From Flavobacteriales bacterium (GTDB lineage Bacteria; Bacteroidota; Bacteroidia; Flavobacteriales_F; PHOS-HE28): 64,000 bases of DNA. The stretch covers positions 65,136-129,135 of the forward strand of contig JBBSUV010000003.1 of assembly GCA_038234075.1 (NCBI GenBank), written 5' to 3'. Below are positions 36,695 through 47,399 of this stretch, in pieces; the first letter of the stretch is position 1, and each line of letters begins with the position of its first letter. Below the pieces are notes generated by a model, which saw only the letters and a program-made list of their open reading frames with translations, did no database searches and was not told the origin of the DNA. Both the position numbers and the translations under genes were made by a program.

Positions 36695-39352
36695 TTGCTG
36701 TTCTTACAGCACGCTGAAATGCGCCGTTCCTCCATCCGATATCTCCTGCCCGCGCTGGTCATTTTGACCGTGGTGGCCTGCTCGACGAACAAGGACGCTT
36801 TCCTCAACCGCACTTTCCACCGGTTGGTGACCCGCGACAACGGCTGGTTCAATGCCAACGAGAAGCTGAAGGAGACCGTGGCGGCCATGCAGAAGTCCCA
36901 TGCGGACGACTACGATCAGGTACTCCCCATCTTCGTTAACGGCACCAAAGAGGAGGCGACCAGCATGACCCCCGAACTGGAGATCTGCATCGAGAAGTGC
37001 GCTACCGTGATCGACCGCAACTCCATGGATATCGGCGGCAAGGAGAAGAACAACTGGATCCCCGATGCTTGGTTCGTGATCGGCAAAAGCCACTTCTACA
37101 AGCAACGCTACTTGGACGCCCTGCGCACCTTCGACTACATCGGAAGGCGCTACAAAGGCGACGACAAGCAGATGGAGGCCAAGATCTGGCTGGCACGCAC
37201 GGCCATTGAACTGGAGCAATATTCCAAGGCCCAAAGCACGCTGGATGAGGTGAAGGGACAGAAGGTGTTGCCCAAGAAATTCCCACATGATCAGCTCAGC
37301 GCCGTGCAGGCCGATGTGGACATCCACCGCGGGAAGGTGGACGATGCCATCCTCAATCTGGAACATGCCGTGCAGATCGCGAGCAAGAAGAAGGACCGCA
37401 TCCGTTGGTCCTTCATCCTCGCACAGCTCTATCAACTGAAGGGCCAAGAGGACAAGGCCATCGCCACGTACAACAAGGTGGCCCACATGGGGGCGCCCTA
37501 TGAGATGGCCTTCCACGCCCAGATCTTCCAAGCACTGGCCTTCGACCGCGGCGACAGCAAGAACCTGCGTAAAAAGCTGGCCCGGATGCTCCGCGACGAG
37601 AAGAACGTGGACCACTTCGACATCATCCACTATGCCTTGGCGGACCTGGACCTGAAGGAGAACAAGCGGGACAATGCCATCGTCCAATTGAAGATGAGCG
37701 CGCGGACCAGCACCGTGGACACCCGCCAAAAAGCCAAGAGTTTCCTGAAGCTGGCCGACCTCTACTTCGACGATAAAAAATACCCGCCGGCACAGCAGTA
37801 CTACGACAGCACTAGCACCTTGCTGGCTGAGGACAACATTCGCTTCGACGAGGTGAAGACGCGAGCCGAAGTCCTTGGCGACCTGGTGGTCCAGCTGAAC
37901 GTGATCTCCCGCGAGGACAGCCTGCAGGCCTTCGCCAAATTGGACCCCGAGGAGCGGAAGAAGCGGATCCAAAGCCTTATCAAAGATCGGGAGCGCCAAG
38001 AGGAGGTGGACCAGCAAGCCGCTGATGATGCCCGGGACGTTGTGGCGAGCACGCCTCTGACGCCAAAAGGCCAAGGGACGCCCGGTGCTGGGGGTGCTTG
38101 GTATTTCTACAATCCAACCCAAGTGGCACGCGGTATCGCCGACTTCAAGAAGAAGTGGGGCAACCGACCGAACGACGATGATTGGCGCCGTGCGGACAAG
38201 AGCGGCACCGCCTTGGTGGACGTGGCCGAGGAAGAAGAACCCGACACGGTGGCAACCACTTCTGCCGCAGCCGCCACCGGCGAACCGGCCTGGAAAGATC
38301 CCGAGAATTACCTCAAGGAGGTCCCCACCAACGATGCGATGCTCGACTCCAGCAACTCCAGGATCTGCGAGGCGCTCTACCTCTCCGGGATGATCTACAA
38401 GGAGAAGCTGAAGGATGTGGACAACGCCATCGAGAGCTTCCAGGTGCTGAACGACCGCTTCGAGGATTGCCGCTATACCCCCGAATCCTACTACCAGCTC
38501 TACCGCATCTATCTCGCCAAAGAGAAGGCCGGCAACTTCATGGACTTCGGCGGGGCCAGCTCGAAGCACTATTCAGACATCATTCTTGAGCGCTGGCCCG
38601 ATTCGGAGTTCGCCCGCTTGGTCCGGAACCCGGACCAACTGCAGGCCGACGAAGCCACGCGGATCGCGGAGGCCCAGGCTTACGACCAGCTTTATGGCCA
38701 GTTCAAGCAAGGCGCCTACAACGGTGTGATGGCCACCTGCGAAGGGGTGATCGCAACCGAGCCCCGGAACCACCTTCTTCCGAAATACGCACTGCTGAAG
38801 GCGATGTCCATTGGCGGACTTCACCTGATGGGTCCCTTCCGCGACGCTTTGAGCCGTGTAAGGGATGACTATCCCAGTACCGATGAGGCCAAAGCCGCCA
38901 TCGCTCTGCTCGCCAACCTGGACAAGATGGCCGGCAACCAAATACGGGATACCACCTCCGTCCTCACGCCGGAGGGTCCCTCTTACGATACCGGCAAGGG
39001 CGACCACTATGTGGTGTTGATGGTACCCGACAGTGCAGGCCCCATCGCCAGCGTGAAGACCGCCATCAGCAACTTCAACCAGCGCTTTTTCCGGAACCAA
39101 CCCATCGAGGTGAAGGCCAGCATCTGGGACACCAGGACACAGGTCGTCCTCATCCGCCTGTTCCAGACCAAGGAGCTGGCCATGACCTACTACGATACGT
39201 TCAAGAACAACAAGGGCGACCTCGCAGGTCTCAACGACCAAGGCTTCCCCCTGTTCGCGATCAGCAGCGGCAACTACCAGCTTTTCTATGTGGCCAAGGA
39301 CGCTGACGGTTATGAGGATTTCTTCAGCAGGACCTACCTCGACGGGAAGTAG
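36695..39352 (+). CDS. TPR-repeat lipoprotein, SprE/PorW-family-like T9SS/gliding component
   Basis: 885 aa with a lipoprotein signal (LLPALVILTVVAC) and long TPR/helical repeat arrays. Its size and architecture match SprE (Flavobacterium) and PorW (Porphyromonas). Confidence 0.5.
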   Translation: MLFLQHAEMRRSSIRYLLPALVILTVVACSTNKDAFLNRTFHRLVTRDNGWFNANEKLKETVAAMQKSHADDYDQVLPIFVNGTKEEATSMTPELEICIEKCATVIDRNSMDIGGKEKNNWIPDAWFVIGKSHFYKQRYLDALRTFDYIGRRYKGDDKQMEAKIWLARTAIELEQYSKAQSTLDEVKGQKVLPKKFPHDQLSAVQADVDIHRGKVDDAILNLEHAVQIASKKKDRIRWSFILAQLYQLKGQEDKAIATYNKVAHMGAPYEMAFHAQIFQALAFDRGDSKNLRKKLARMLRDEKNVDHFDIIHYALADLDLKENKRDNAIVQLKMSARTSTVDTRQKAKSFLKLADLYFDDKKYPPAQQYYDSTSTLLAEDNIRFDEVKTRAEVLGDLVVQLNVISREDSLQAFAKLDPEERKKRIQSLIKDRERQEEVDQQAADDARDVVASTPLTPKGQGTPGAGGAWYFYNPTQVARGIADFKKKWGNRPNDDDWRRADKSGTALVDVAEEEEPDTVATTSAAAATGEPAWKDPENYLKEVPTNDAMLDSSNSRICEALYLSGMIYKEKLKDVDNAIESFQVLNDRFEDCRYTPESYYQLYRIYLAKEKAGNFMDFGGASSKHYSDIILERWPDSEFARLVRNPDQLQADEATRIAEAQAYDQLYGQFKQGAYNGVMATCEGVIATEPRNHLLPKYALLKAMSIGGLHLMGPFRDALSRVRDDYPSTDEAKAAIALLANLDKMAGNQIRDTTSVLTPEGPSYDTGKGDHYVVLMVPDSAGPIASVKTAISNFNQRFFRNQPIEVKASIWDTRTQVVLIRLFQTKELAMTYYDTFKNNKGDLAGLNDQGFPLFAISSGNYQLFYVAKDADGYEDFFSRTYLDGK

Positions 39353-39415
39353 GCTGATCCAAAGAGGATATTACCTTCGCATCTTCCACATCCCGCCCCG
39401 TAAAGCCCGATCACC

Positions 39416-39916
39416 ATGTTCCGGAACGATAAAGCCCACGAAACCATGACCAAGCCCAGCGAACCCGTCAGCCCCGGCAAGATCAACAGCATCATGGAAG
39501 GCACCGTCATCGAGGGCGAAGTGCGTTCCGACAGCAATGTCCGCATCGACGGAAAGGTGAAGGGCACCATCAACGTGCGGGGTCGCCTCATCGTGGGCGC
39601 CACCGGCATCGTGGAGGGCAACGTGACCTGCCAGAGCAGTGACATCGAAGGCACCGTAAAGGGAAAGATCAACTGCCAGGACCTGCTTTCGCTGAAGGCC
39701 ACTGCCAAGTTGGACGGCGACATCATCACGAAGAAATTAGCCATCGAACCCGGTGCTGAGTTCACCGGCAATTGCAACATGGGCGGTGGAGGTTCCATCA
39801 AGGAGCCGGAACCCGTGCGGCTCAGCACCTCTTCGGAGCGGTCGACCGGCAGCGGATCGATCGGTAGCGGCCCAAGTGCCAGCTCCCGGCCCGAGCCCGT
39901 GAAGGCCTCCCTTTGA
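39416..39916 (+). CDS. bactofilin (polymer-forming cytoskeletal protein)
   Basis: Beta-helical repeats (VIEGEVRSDSNVRIDGKVKGTINVRGRLIVGATGIVEGNVTC...) and a C-terminal Ser/Gly-rich tail. Confidence 0.8.
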   Translation: MFRNDKAHETMTKPSEPVSPGKINSIMEGTVIEGEVRSDSNVRIDGKVKGTINVRGRLIVGATGIVEGNVTCQSSDIEGTVKGKINCQDLLSLKATAKLDGDIITKKLAIEPGAEFTGNCNMGGGGSIKEPEPVRLSTSSERSTGSGSIGSGPSASSRPEPVKASL

Positions 39917-40353
39917 TAGGTGGCTCCATAGGTATGCCTGACCCCGTCCCGATGCCTGAGGCAGATCGCATGGCCTATCGGTCCCTGATCGCCGTTCTCT
40001 TATTCACCGTCGCCGTGGGTGCAGCCACCTATGCGATCTGCTTGCTGGCCCATTGGCCCTTCGGCTTGCCGCAGCTGGCTATGCTCGCGTTCTTGGCCGT
40101 ACTCACCGCTTCCCTACATCTGTGGCAGGAGAATGCGATGGTCACTGACCCCAAGGGCTTTATGTTCCGCTTCATGATCGGCCTGGTGCTGAAACTCGGC
40201 AGCGCTTTGGTGGCCGTGGTGGTCATCCTCATGCTCTTTCCCCGGGAAAAGGCGGTACCCCTCTCACTCACCTTTGCTGCACTCTATCTGGCCTTCCTTG
40301 CTTTCTCCACGGTCCGGCTCAGTGCCCGCTCACGCAACTTGCCGCGCCCATGA
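39913..40353 (+). CDS. 4-TM membrane protein (ATP-synthase-operon associated)
   Basis: 146 aa, hydrophobic; ATGA overlaps at both ends (bactofilin stop and AtpZ start). Confidence 0.5.
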   Translation: MIGGSIGMPDPVPMPEADRMAYRSLIAVLLFTVAVGAATYAICLLAHWPFGLPQLAMLAFLAVLTASLHLWQENAMVTDPKGFMFRFMIGLVLKLGSALVAVVVILMLFPREKAVPLSLTFAALYLAFLAFSTVRLSARSRNLPRP

Positions 40354-40577
40354 GCGCCGAGGACCCGGCCTCGAAGCGGAAAAGGGCGGCGAACAGCTAT
40401 ATGCGCCTCAGCGGCATCGGCTTCCAAATGGCCGCCATCATCGGTATCGGTGCCTATGGCGGCTGGTGGACCGATCAGCGCACCGGTTGGGAATTCCCCG
40501 TCCTGACGCTCGTGGGATCGCTGGGCGGCGTGGCCATCGCCATGTACATCCTGTTCAAGGAAACCCGCGTCCGTTAA
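40350..40577 (+). CDS. AtpZ/AtpI-family protein
   Basis: 75 aa; NSYMRLSGIGFQMAAIIGIGAYGGWWTD...LVGSLGGVAIAMY. Confidence 0.7.
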   Translation: MSAEDPASKRKRAANSYMRLSGIGFQMAAIIGIGAYGGWWTDQRTGWEFPVLTLVGSLGGVAIAMYILFKETRVR

Positions 40578-40692
40578 GGGCGAAGTGCCCTTACCGGGAA
40601 GAGGAATGTTTTCCGTGTGCGCCATTGAAGGGGCTTGCTTACATTTGCGCCCGCTAAAGAGGGGGTAAACACCCCACGATCCTCAAAAATCC

Positions 40693-41790
40693 TTGATGCG
40701 CGCCGTATTCCTCGCCTTTTGCATGCTGATCGCCGGATGGTCGGTCGCGCAACCCGACGGGCACGCTGATCAGCATGAGGCCGTTGCCGAAGGGCATACC
40801 GGATCCGAGCAGTCGGCCGAGTTCAACGCTGGTGAGCTCATCATGGGCCACATCGCCGATGAGCATGGCTGGCACATCGCAGGCGACCTCTCCCTTCCTC
40901 TGCCTGTGATCATCTACGATACCCGCAGCGGCCTGCACGTCTTCAGCAGCGCACGTTTCGAGCACGGCCATGCCACCTACGAGGGCTATAAGCTCCACGA
41001 AGGCAGTATCGTGGCCGTGGACGCCACAGGCAACATCGACGAGGCCGGATCAAAGGCTATTTGGGACATCTCCATCACCAAGAACGTGGTCTCCATCTTC
41101 CTGGTCATGATCGCCTTGGTGTGGGTGTTCACCAGCGTTGCGCGCTCCTATGCCAAGCGGGTAGGCCAAGCGCCCAAGGGGCTGCAGTCCTTCATGGAGC
41201 CGATCATCATCTTCGTTCGTGACGACGTGGCCAAGGGCGCTATCGGCCCGCATAAGTATCAGCGGTTCATGCCCTACCTACTTACGATCTTCTTCGTGAT
41301 CCTCTTCGCCAACCTGATCGGCTTGATCCCCTTCTTTCCGGGCGGAGCGACCCTCACCGGTAACATCGCCATCACCCTCACACTCGCACTTTTCACCTTC
41401 GTGATCGTCACGGTGAACGGCAACAAGAACTACTGGCGCCACATCGTCGCGATGCCCGGCGTACCTGGATGGGTGCTGTTCATCCTTACGCCGGTTGAGA
41501 TCCTGGGCATGTTCCTGAAGCCTTTCGTGCTCATGATCCGGTTGTTCGCCAACATGGCCGCCGGGCACATCATCTCCCTCAGCTTCTTCAGCCTCATCTT
41601 CGTATTCGGCGCTACCAACGCGTTGGCCGGCTACGGTGTATCCGTCGTCAGCCTAGCGTTCACCATCTTCATGTTCTTCCTGGAACTGCTAGTAGCATTC
41701 ATCCAGGCCTACGTCTTTACCTTCCTCTCGGCCCTCTACATCGGTGCCGCCATGGAAGAACACCACGAACACAAAGAATCAATCGTCTAA
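40693..41790 (+). CDS. atpB: F0F1 ATP synthase subunit a
   Basis: 365 aa; it has the Bacteroidota N-terminal extension and LIRLFANMAAGHII. Confidence 0.9.
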   Translation: MMRAVFLAFCMLIAGWSVAQPDGHADQHEAVAEGHTGSEQSAEFNAGELIMGHIADEHGWHIAGDLSLPLPVIIYDTRSGLHVFSSARFEHGHATYEGYKLHEGSIVAVDATGNIDEAGSKAIWDISITKNVVSIFLVMIALVWVFTSVARSYAKRVGQAPKGLQSFMEPIIIFVRDDVAKGAIGPHKYQRFMPYLLTIFFVILFANLIGLIPFFPGGATLTGNIAITLTLALFTFVIVTVNGNKNYWRHIVAMPGVPGWVLFILTPVEILGMFLKPFVLMIRLFANMAAGHIISLSFFSLIFVFGATNALAGYGVSVVSLAFTIFMFFLELLVAFIQAYVFTFLSALYIGAAMEEHHEHKESIV

Positions 41791-41803
41791 ACCAACCCTC
41801 AGC

Positions 41804-42046
41804 ATGTTTCTTTCAGCCCTCCTCGACATTGGCACTGGTTACGGTATCGCAGCCCTCGGCGCCGGTCTGGCAGCCCTTGGTGCCGGCGTAGGCATCGGAC
41901 GTATCGGCGGTGACGCCGTGCAAGCCATGGCACGCCAACCGGAAGCCATGAACGACCTCCGCGCCAACATGATCCTCACCGCGGCATTGGTGGAAGGCGC
42001 TGCCTTCTTCGCCATGGTGGTGGGCCTGCTGGTGGTGCTGAAGTAA
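41804..42046 (+). CDS. atpE: F0F1 ATP synthase subunit c
   Basis: 80 aa; GIAALGAGLAALGAGVGIGRIG...ALVEGAAFFAMV; start at internal ATG 41804. Confidence 0.9.
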   Translation: MFLSALLDIGTGYGIAALGAGLAALGAGVGIGRIGGDAVQAMARQPEAMNDLRANMILTAALVEGAAFFAMVVGLLVVLK

Positions 42047-42104
42047 GCCGCCGTCGGCATCCCCGACGCGTTCATTCCTCTTCGTTCACCTCAACGCAAC
42101 AGCC

Positions 42105-42614
42105 ATGCTGCTCGCCAGTCTTGTAGAACCCGCATTCGGCCTGATCTTCTGGATGACACTTTCCTTCGGGATCGTGTTCTTCCTGTTGGCCAAGTTCGCG
42201 TGGAAGCCCATCCTCAAAGCGCTCCACGAGCGTGAGAGCTCCATCGAGGACGCCATCGGCGAGGCCCGCAAGGCCCGTGAGGAAGTGGATGCCATGAAGG
42301 CCGGCAACGAGGACCTGCTGCGCGAAGCACGCGCCGAGCGCGAGCAGATGCTCAAGGAGGCCCGCGACATCCGGGACAAGGAGATCGCCGAAGCCAAGGG
42401 ACGCGCAAAAGCCGAAGGCGATGCGATGCTCGCCCGTGCCCGCGAAGAGATCCGCAACGAGAAGAACGCCGCCATCACGGAGATGAAGAACCAAGTTGGT
42501 GAACTCAGCATCGAAGTGGCTGAACGCATCCTCCGTGAAAAGCTCGGTGACAAGGCCGCCCAACAGGCCCTGCTGGACAAGGTGATGAAGGAAAGCGACC
42601 TGCACTTGTCATGA
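42105..42614 (+). CDS. atpF: F0F1 ATP synthase subunit b
   Basis: N-terminal TM plus a long charged coiled coil. Confidence 0.85.
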   Translation: MLLASLVEPAFGLIFWMTLSFGIVFFLLAKFAWKPILKALHERESSIEDAIGEARKAREEVDAMKAGNEDLLREARAEREQMLKEARDIRDKEIAEAKGRAKAEGDAMLARAREEIRNEKNAAITEMKNQVGELSIEVAERILREKLGDKAAQQALLDKVMKESDLHLS

Positions 42615-43171
42615 TCGTATCCCCCGTCGCATACCGCTACGCCCACTCCCTGATGCAACTCGCACAGGAGAAAGGTGAAGTGGAGGCCGTGCGCGAGGAC
42701 ATGCTCCTGGTGGCTTCCACCTGTGCCGAGAACCGGGACCTAGAAGTCATGCTGAACAGCCCGGTGATCAAGGCGGAAAGCAAGAATAAGGTGCTGAGCC
42801 GCGTGTTCGGCGGACATATCGGGCACATGACCGAACGCTTCATCGCGATCCTGGTGCGCAAAGGCCGCGAAGGCCTATTGGCCGAGATCGCCGAAGGCTT
42901 CCAGAACGTGTACCGCCAAGAGCACAACATCCTGATGGCGGAGGTGCGCAGCGCCATCCCTCTCAACGATGAGAGCCGCGCACAAGTGAAGAAGATGGCC
43001 GAGGAACGCCACCCCGGCAAGTCCATCCTGCTCACCGAAACGGTGGACCCGAGCCTCATCGGCGGTGTGGTCATCCGCATCGGCGATGAGCAGATCGACG
43101 CCAGCGTAAGTCGCCGCCTGAGCGACCTGCGCCGTAAATTTTCAGAGAATCCCTACATCCCCGAGATCTAA
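42611..43171 (+). CDS. atpH: F0F1 ATP synthase subunit delta (OSCP)
   Basis: 186 aa; ARRYAHSL-type N-terminus ([12 protein letters not shown]). Confidence 0.85.
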   Translation: MIVSPVAYRYAHSLMQLAQEKGEVEAVREDMLLVASTCAENRDLEVMLNSPVIKAESKNKVLSRVFGGHIGHMTERFIAILVRKGREGLLAEIAEGFQNVYRQEHNILMAEVRSAIPLNDESRAQVKKMAEERHPGKSILLTETVDPSLIGGVVIRIGDEQIDASVSRRLSDLRRKFSENPYIPEI

Positions 43172-43182
43172 AGAGATCCATC

Positions 43183-44760
<1,578 letters not shown>

Positions 44761-44912
44761 ATGAGCCGCAGAGACGCAGAGGCGCAGAGGATGAACCGTG
44801 ACATTAACGTGTCTGGATCCCCACTGCATTTCTCCGTGTCTCCGTGTCTCTGTGGTTTAAACTTCTCTTCTCCGCGCCTCAGCGCCTCCGCGTTTAAAAC
44901 TCTTCCCTCTTA

Positions 44913-45800
44913 ATGGCCAGCCTGAAGGAAGTCCGCAGTCGGATCGTTTCGGTGAACAGCACCAAGCAGATCACCGCCGCCATGAAGATGGTGAGCGCGG
45001 CCAAGCTGCGCCGTGCGCAGGACGCCATCATCCGCATGCGGCCTTATGCCGAGAAGCTGAGCGTGCTGTTGAGCAACGTGAGCGCTTCCTTGGACGGCAA
45101 TGAGAACAAGTTCGCGCAGGAGCGTATCGTGAAGAACGTCCTCTTCGTGGCCATCGTGAGCAATCGTGGTCTGGCCGGTGCCTTCAATACGCAGGTGTTC
45201 CGCCTGATCCGCAAGGCCACTGCAGCAGCGGAAGCCCGCGGGGAGCGCGTACATGTGCTCTCCTTGGGCAAGAAGGCTGCCGACCTCTATCGCCGCACGC
45301 CGTGGCACGCTTCGGGCTTCCCGGAGAACCTGGCAGCGCTGTATGACGGCCTGAACTTCGACAAAGTATCACCCGTAGCTGAAGCCATCATGGCCAAGTT
45401 CGCTGACGGCGAATACGACCGCGTGGAGCTCTTCTACAACAAGTTCAAGAACGCCGCCTCCCAGGTCGTCACCGAGGAGCGCTACCTGCCCATCGAGCCG
45501 CCACAAGCGGCCGCTGAAGGAAAAGGCGCCAGCGTGAAGACCGACCACATCATGGAGCCGGACCGGCAGACCATCGTGGAGGAGATCATCCCCAAGAGCC
45601 TGAAGATCCAGCTCTACAAAGCGATGCTGGACAGCTTCGCCTCCGAGCACGGCGCCCGCATGACCGCCATGCACAAGGCCACGGACAACGCGGACGACCT
45701 CCTGAAGGACCTTCGCTTGACCTACAACAAGGCCCGCCAAGCGTCCATCACCAATGAGATCCTGGAGATCGTGGGCGGTGCTGAGGCTTTGAAGGGGTAG
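44913..45800 (+). CDS. atpG: F0F1 ATP synthase subunit gamma
   Basis: 295 aa; MASLKEVRSRIVSVNSTKQITAAMKMVSAAKLRRAQ. Confidence 0.95.
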   Translation: MASLKEVRSRIVSVNSTKQITAAMKMVSAAKLRRAQDAIIRMRPYAEKLSVLLSNVSASLDGNENKFAQERIVKNVLFVAIVSNRGLAGAFNTQVFRLIRKATAAAEARGERVHVLSLGKKAADLYRRTPWHASGFPENLAALYDGLNFDKVSPVAEAIMAKFADGEYDRVELFYNKFKNAASQVVTEERYLPIEPPQAAAEGKGASVKTDHIMEPDRQTIVEEIIPKSLKIQLYKAMLDSFASEHGARMTAMHKATDNADDLLKDLRLTYNKARQASITNEILEIVGGAEALKG

Positions 45801-45974
45801 GTTTCACCTATTTCTGATTGCCATGCACAGTACAACAGTTGTGTCATGCCGTACTTCGATGCCGAACCTCATGTATGAGTTCCAATGATGAGTATAAAAC
45901 ACATTGGAAGCCATCGGATCGATCAGGCTAGAAATAGCAGATAAGCGAGGTATGTCGAAGCCAACAGGGCATTA

Positions 45975-47105
45975 CTAATCTCTACGCTTATTAACCTCTG
46001 CTTCCATCCGGGCTAGATTCACGCTCTTGCGATCATTGTCAGCCTTTAGGATTTTAGTGAGCTGTTGCACAAACATTGATGTATCTGCATAATAGTTCGG
46101 ATAGGCCTTCTTAAGGGCTTGGACAGACCCTGCCGATACAAGCACCACTTGGACACCTTTCTTGCCTCTGGTGCGTTCTTCCGCCTCCTCATATCGCTCA
46201 GTTGCTATGGCACTCTCTCTTTTAGAGAAGCCCGTCACAGTGAGGATTTTGCTATCCGGATCAAGTACCATCAAGTAGTACTCAGCTCGTTTAAGTTCAG
46301 GAGGAAGCTTGAAGAGCGCACTGAAGTTCATGAGCTTCGCTGCCACATTCAAATGCAAAGACAGACTAGCTGTTTCCTTTATCAATTCAACTGGATCAGT
46401 GGGTACTCCTTCAATTGCACTTTCAGTCTTTTCCTCAATCGCAAAAACCGAACTAACCAGCTGAAAGAATCGGTCCCATTCCGGTTCGCCTCTGCCGCTC
46501 TTGATCGCCGTTCCGTTCATAGTATCAACCGTCTCCACAGCAGTTGCCCAACAGTGCTGAAGGTGAGTTCGGAGTTGAATTTCGACTAGCTGGTCATCAA
46601 AAACATCGGTGGAGGATCCTTTGTATTTGTAAATGAGGTGGACACTCCTGTATCCGGATTTCTTCGGCTTAATCAAGTAGTTGTCAATCTTGACCAACTC
46701 ATGATCAATTGTTGCCGTCGACCGGTAGTAGTTCAGAATATCATTCACTTGCTTCATGTCTGATACAATGGCCCTACATCCGGCTATATCCTGCATTCGC
46801 TTCAGGCTCATGTGCTGTTGCTCCCGCAGTTTATTCAGTATTGAGGGTGTCCGCTTGAGTCGTTGAGCAACAATCGCTGTCCGACCGAACTTCCTAGCAA
46901 CCCAACGAAGTGTTACTTGGAATGTGTTCATCGGATAACTGTGGCAAGCCCTCCAATTGTCAAGTACTTCTTGTGCGTAAAGCCTTTCAGCCTCAGTAAT
47001 ATCCTCAGTTATCAGGAGCTTCCCAGCCTTTTCGATCTGATTGCGAGAATACTTACGCTCTGCCCAGTTTGCCATACTCCTTAGTGTCTTGGCAAGATAG
47101 AACAA
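45975..47105 (-). CDS. RelA/SpoT-domain nucleotidyltransferase with C-terminal extension (fused toxSAS / CapRel-like defence candidate)
   Basis: 376 aa in a locally low-GC segment. The synthetase motifs are DIAGCRAIV, SGYRSVHLIY and EIQLRTHLQHCWA. There is no hydrolase domain. The C-terminal domain is ~170 aa and uncharacterised. Confidence 0.7.
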   Translation of the reverse strand: MFYLAKTLRSMANWAERKYSRNQIEKAGKLLITEDITEAERLYAQEVLDNWRACHSYPMNTFQVTLRWVARKFGRTAIVAQRLKRTPSILNKLREQQHMSLKRMQDIAGCRAIVSDMKQVNDILNYYRSTATIDHELVKIDNYLIKPKKSGYRSVHLIYKYKGSSTDVFDDQLVEIQLRTHLQHCWATAVETVDTMNGTAIKSGRGEPEWDRFFQLVSSVFAIEEKTESAIEGVPTDPVELIKETASLSLHLNVAAKLMNFSALFKLPPELKRAEYYLMVLDPDSKILTVTGFSKRESAIATERYEEAEERTRGKKGVQVVLVSAGSVQALKKAYPNYYADTSMFVQQLTKILKADNDRKSVNLARMEAEVNKRRD

Positions 47106-47126
47106 TGCATCGTGAATATCCCATCT

Positions 47127-47192
47127 CCCACGCTCGGCTGGGTCAACAATATTTCCAGGCGCTCGGCTAAACGATAACCTCCCGGACCTGCC
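47127..47192 (+). repeat. island direct repeat copy 1 (~70 bp)
   Basis: CCCACGCTCGGCTGGGTCAACAATATTTCCAGGCGCTCGGCTAAACGATAACCTCCCGGACCTGCC. It is the most divergent copy and lies just 5' of the RelA/SpoT gene. Confidence 0.7.
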
Positions 47193-47399
47193 ACATGCCG
47201 TCCGGCGAACCGTCGGCCATCAAGGTCACGACATCAAGGTGCTCTCCCCCTCCGTCCCGCCGTTCGTTCTGAAAGCGCTTACACAGTTGGGATATGCCTA
47301 GAGTACGAGTGAAGAAGCTCGCGCCAGAGAGGGGGTGAAGACGTACGAGCTAGGACAGACTTGCAACTCGTAATGCTGATCCGAGGGCACGGGTCCAGA

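Noticed and set aside
35703-38569. 324-aa and 621-aa minus-strand ORFs antisense to the C45 and SprE-like genes
   Set aside because: These are antisense artefacts in GC-rich DNA. The sense frames have a signal peptide, TPR repeats and a C45 processing site.
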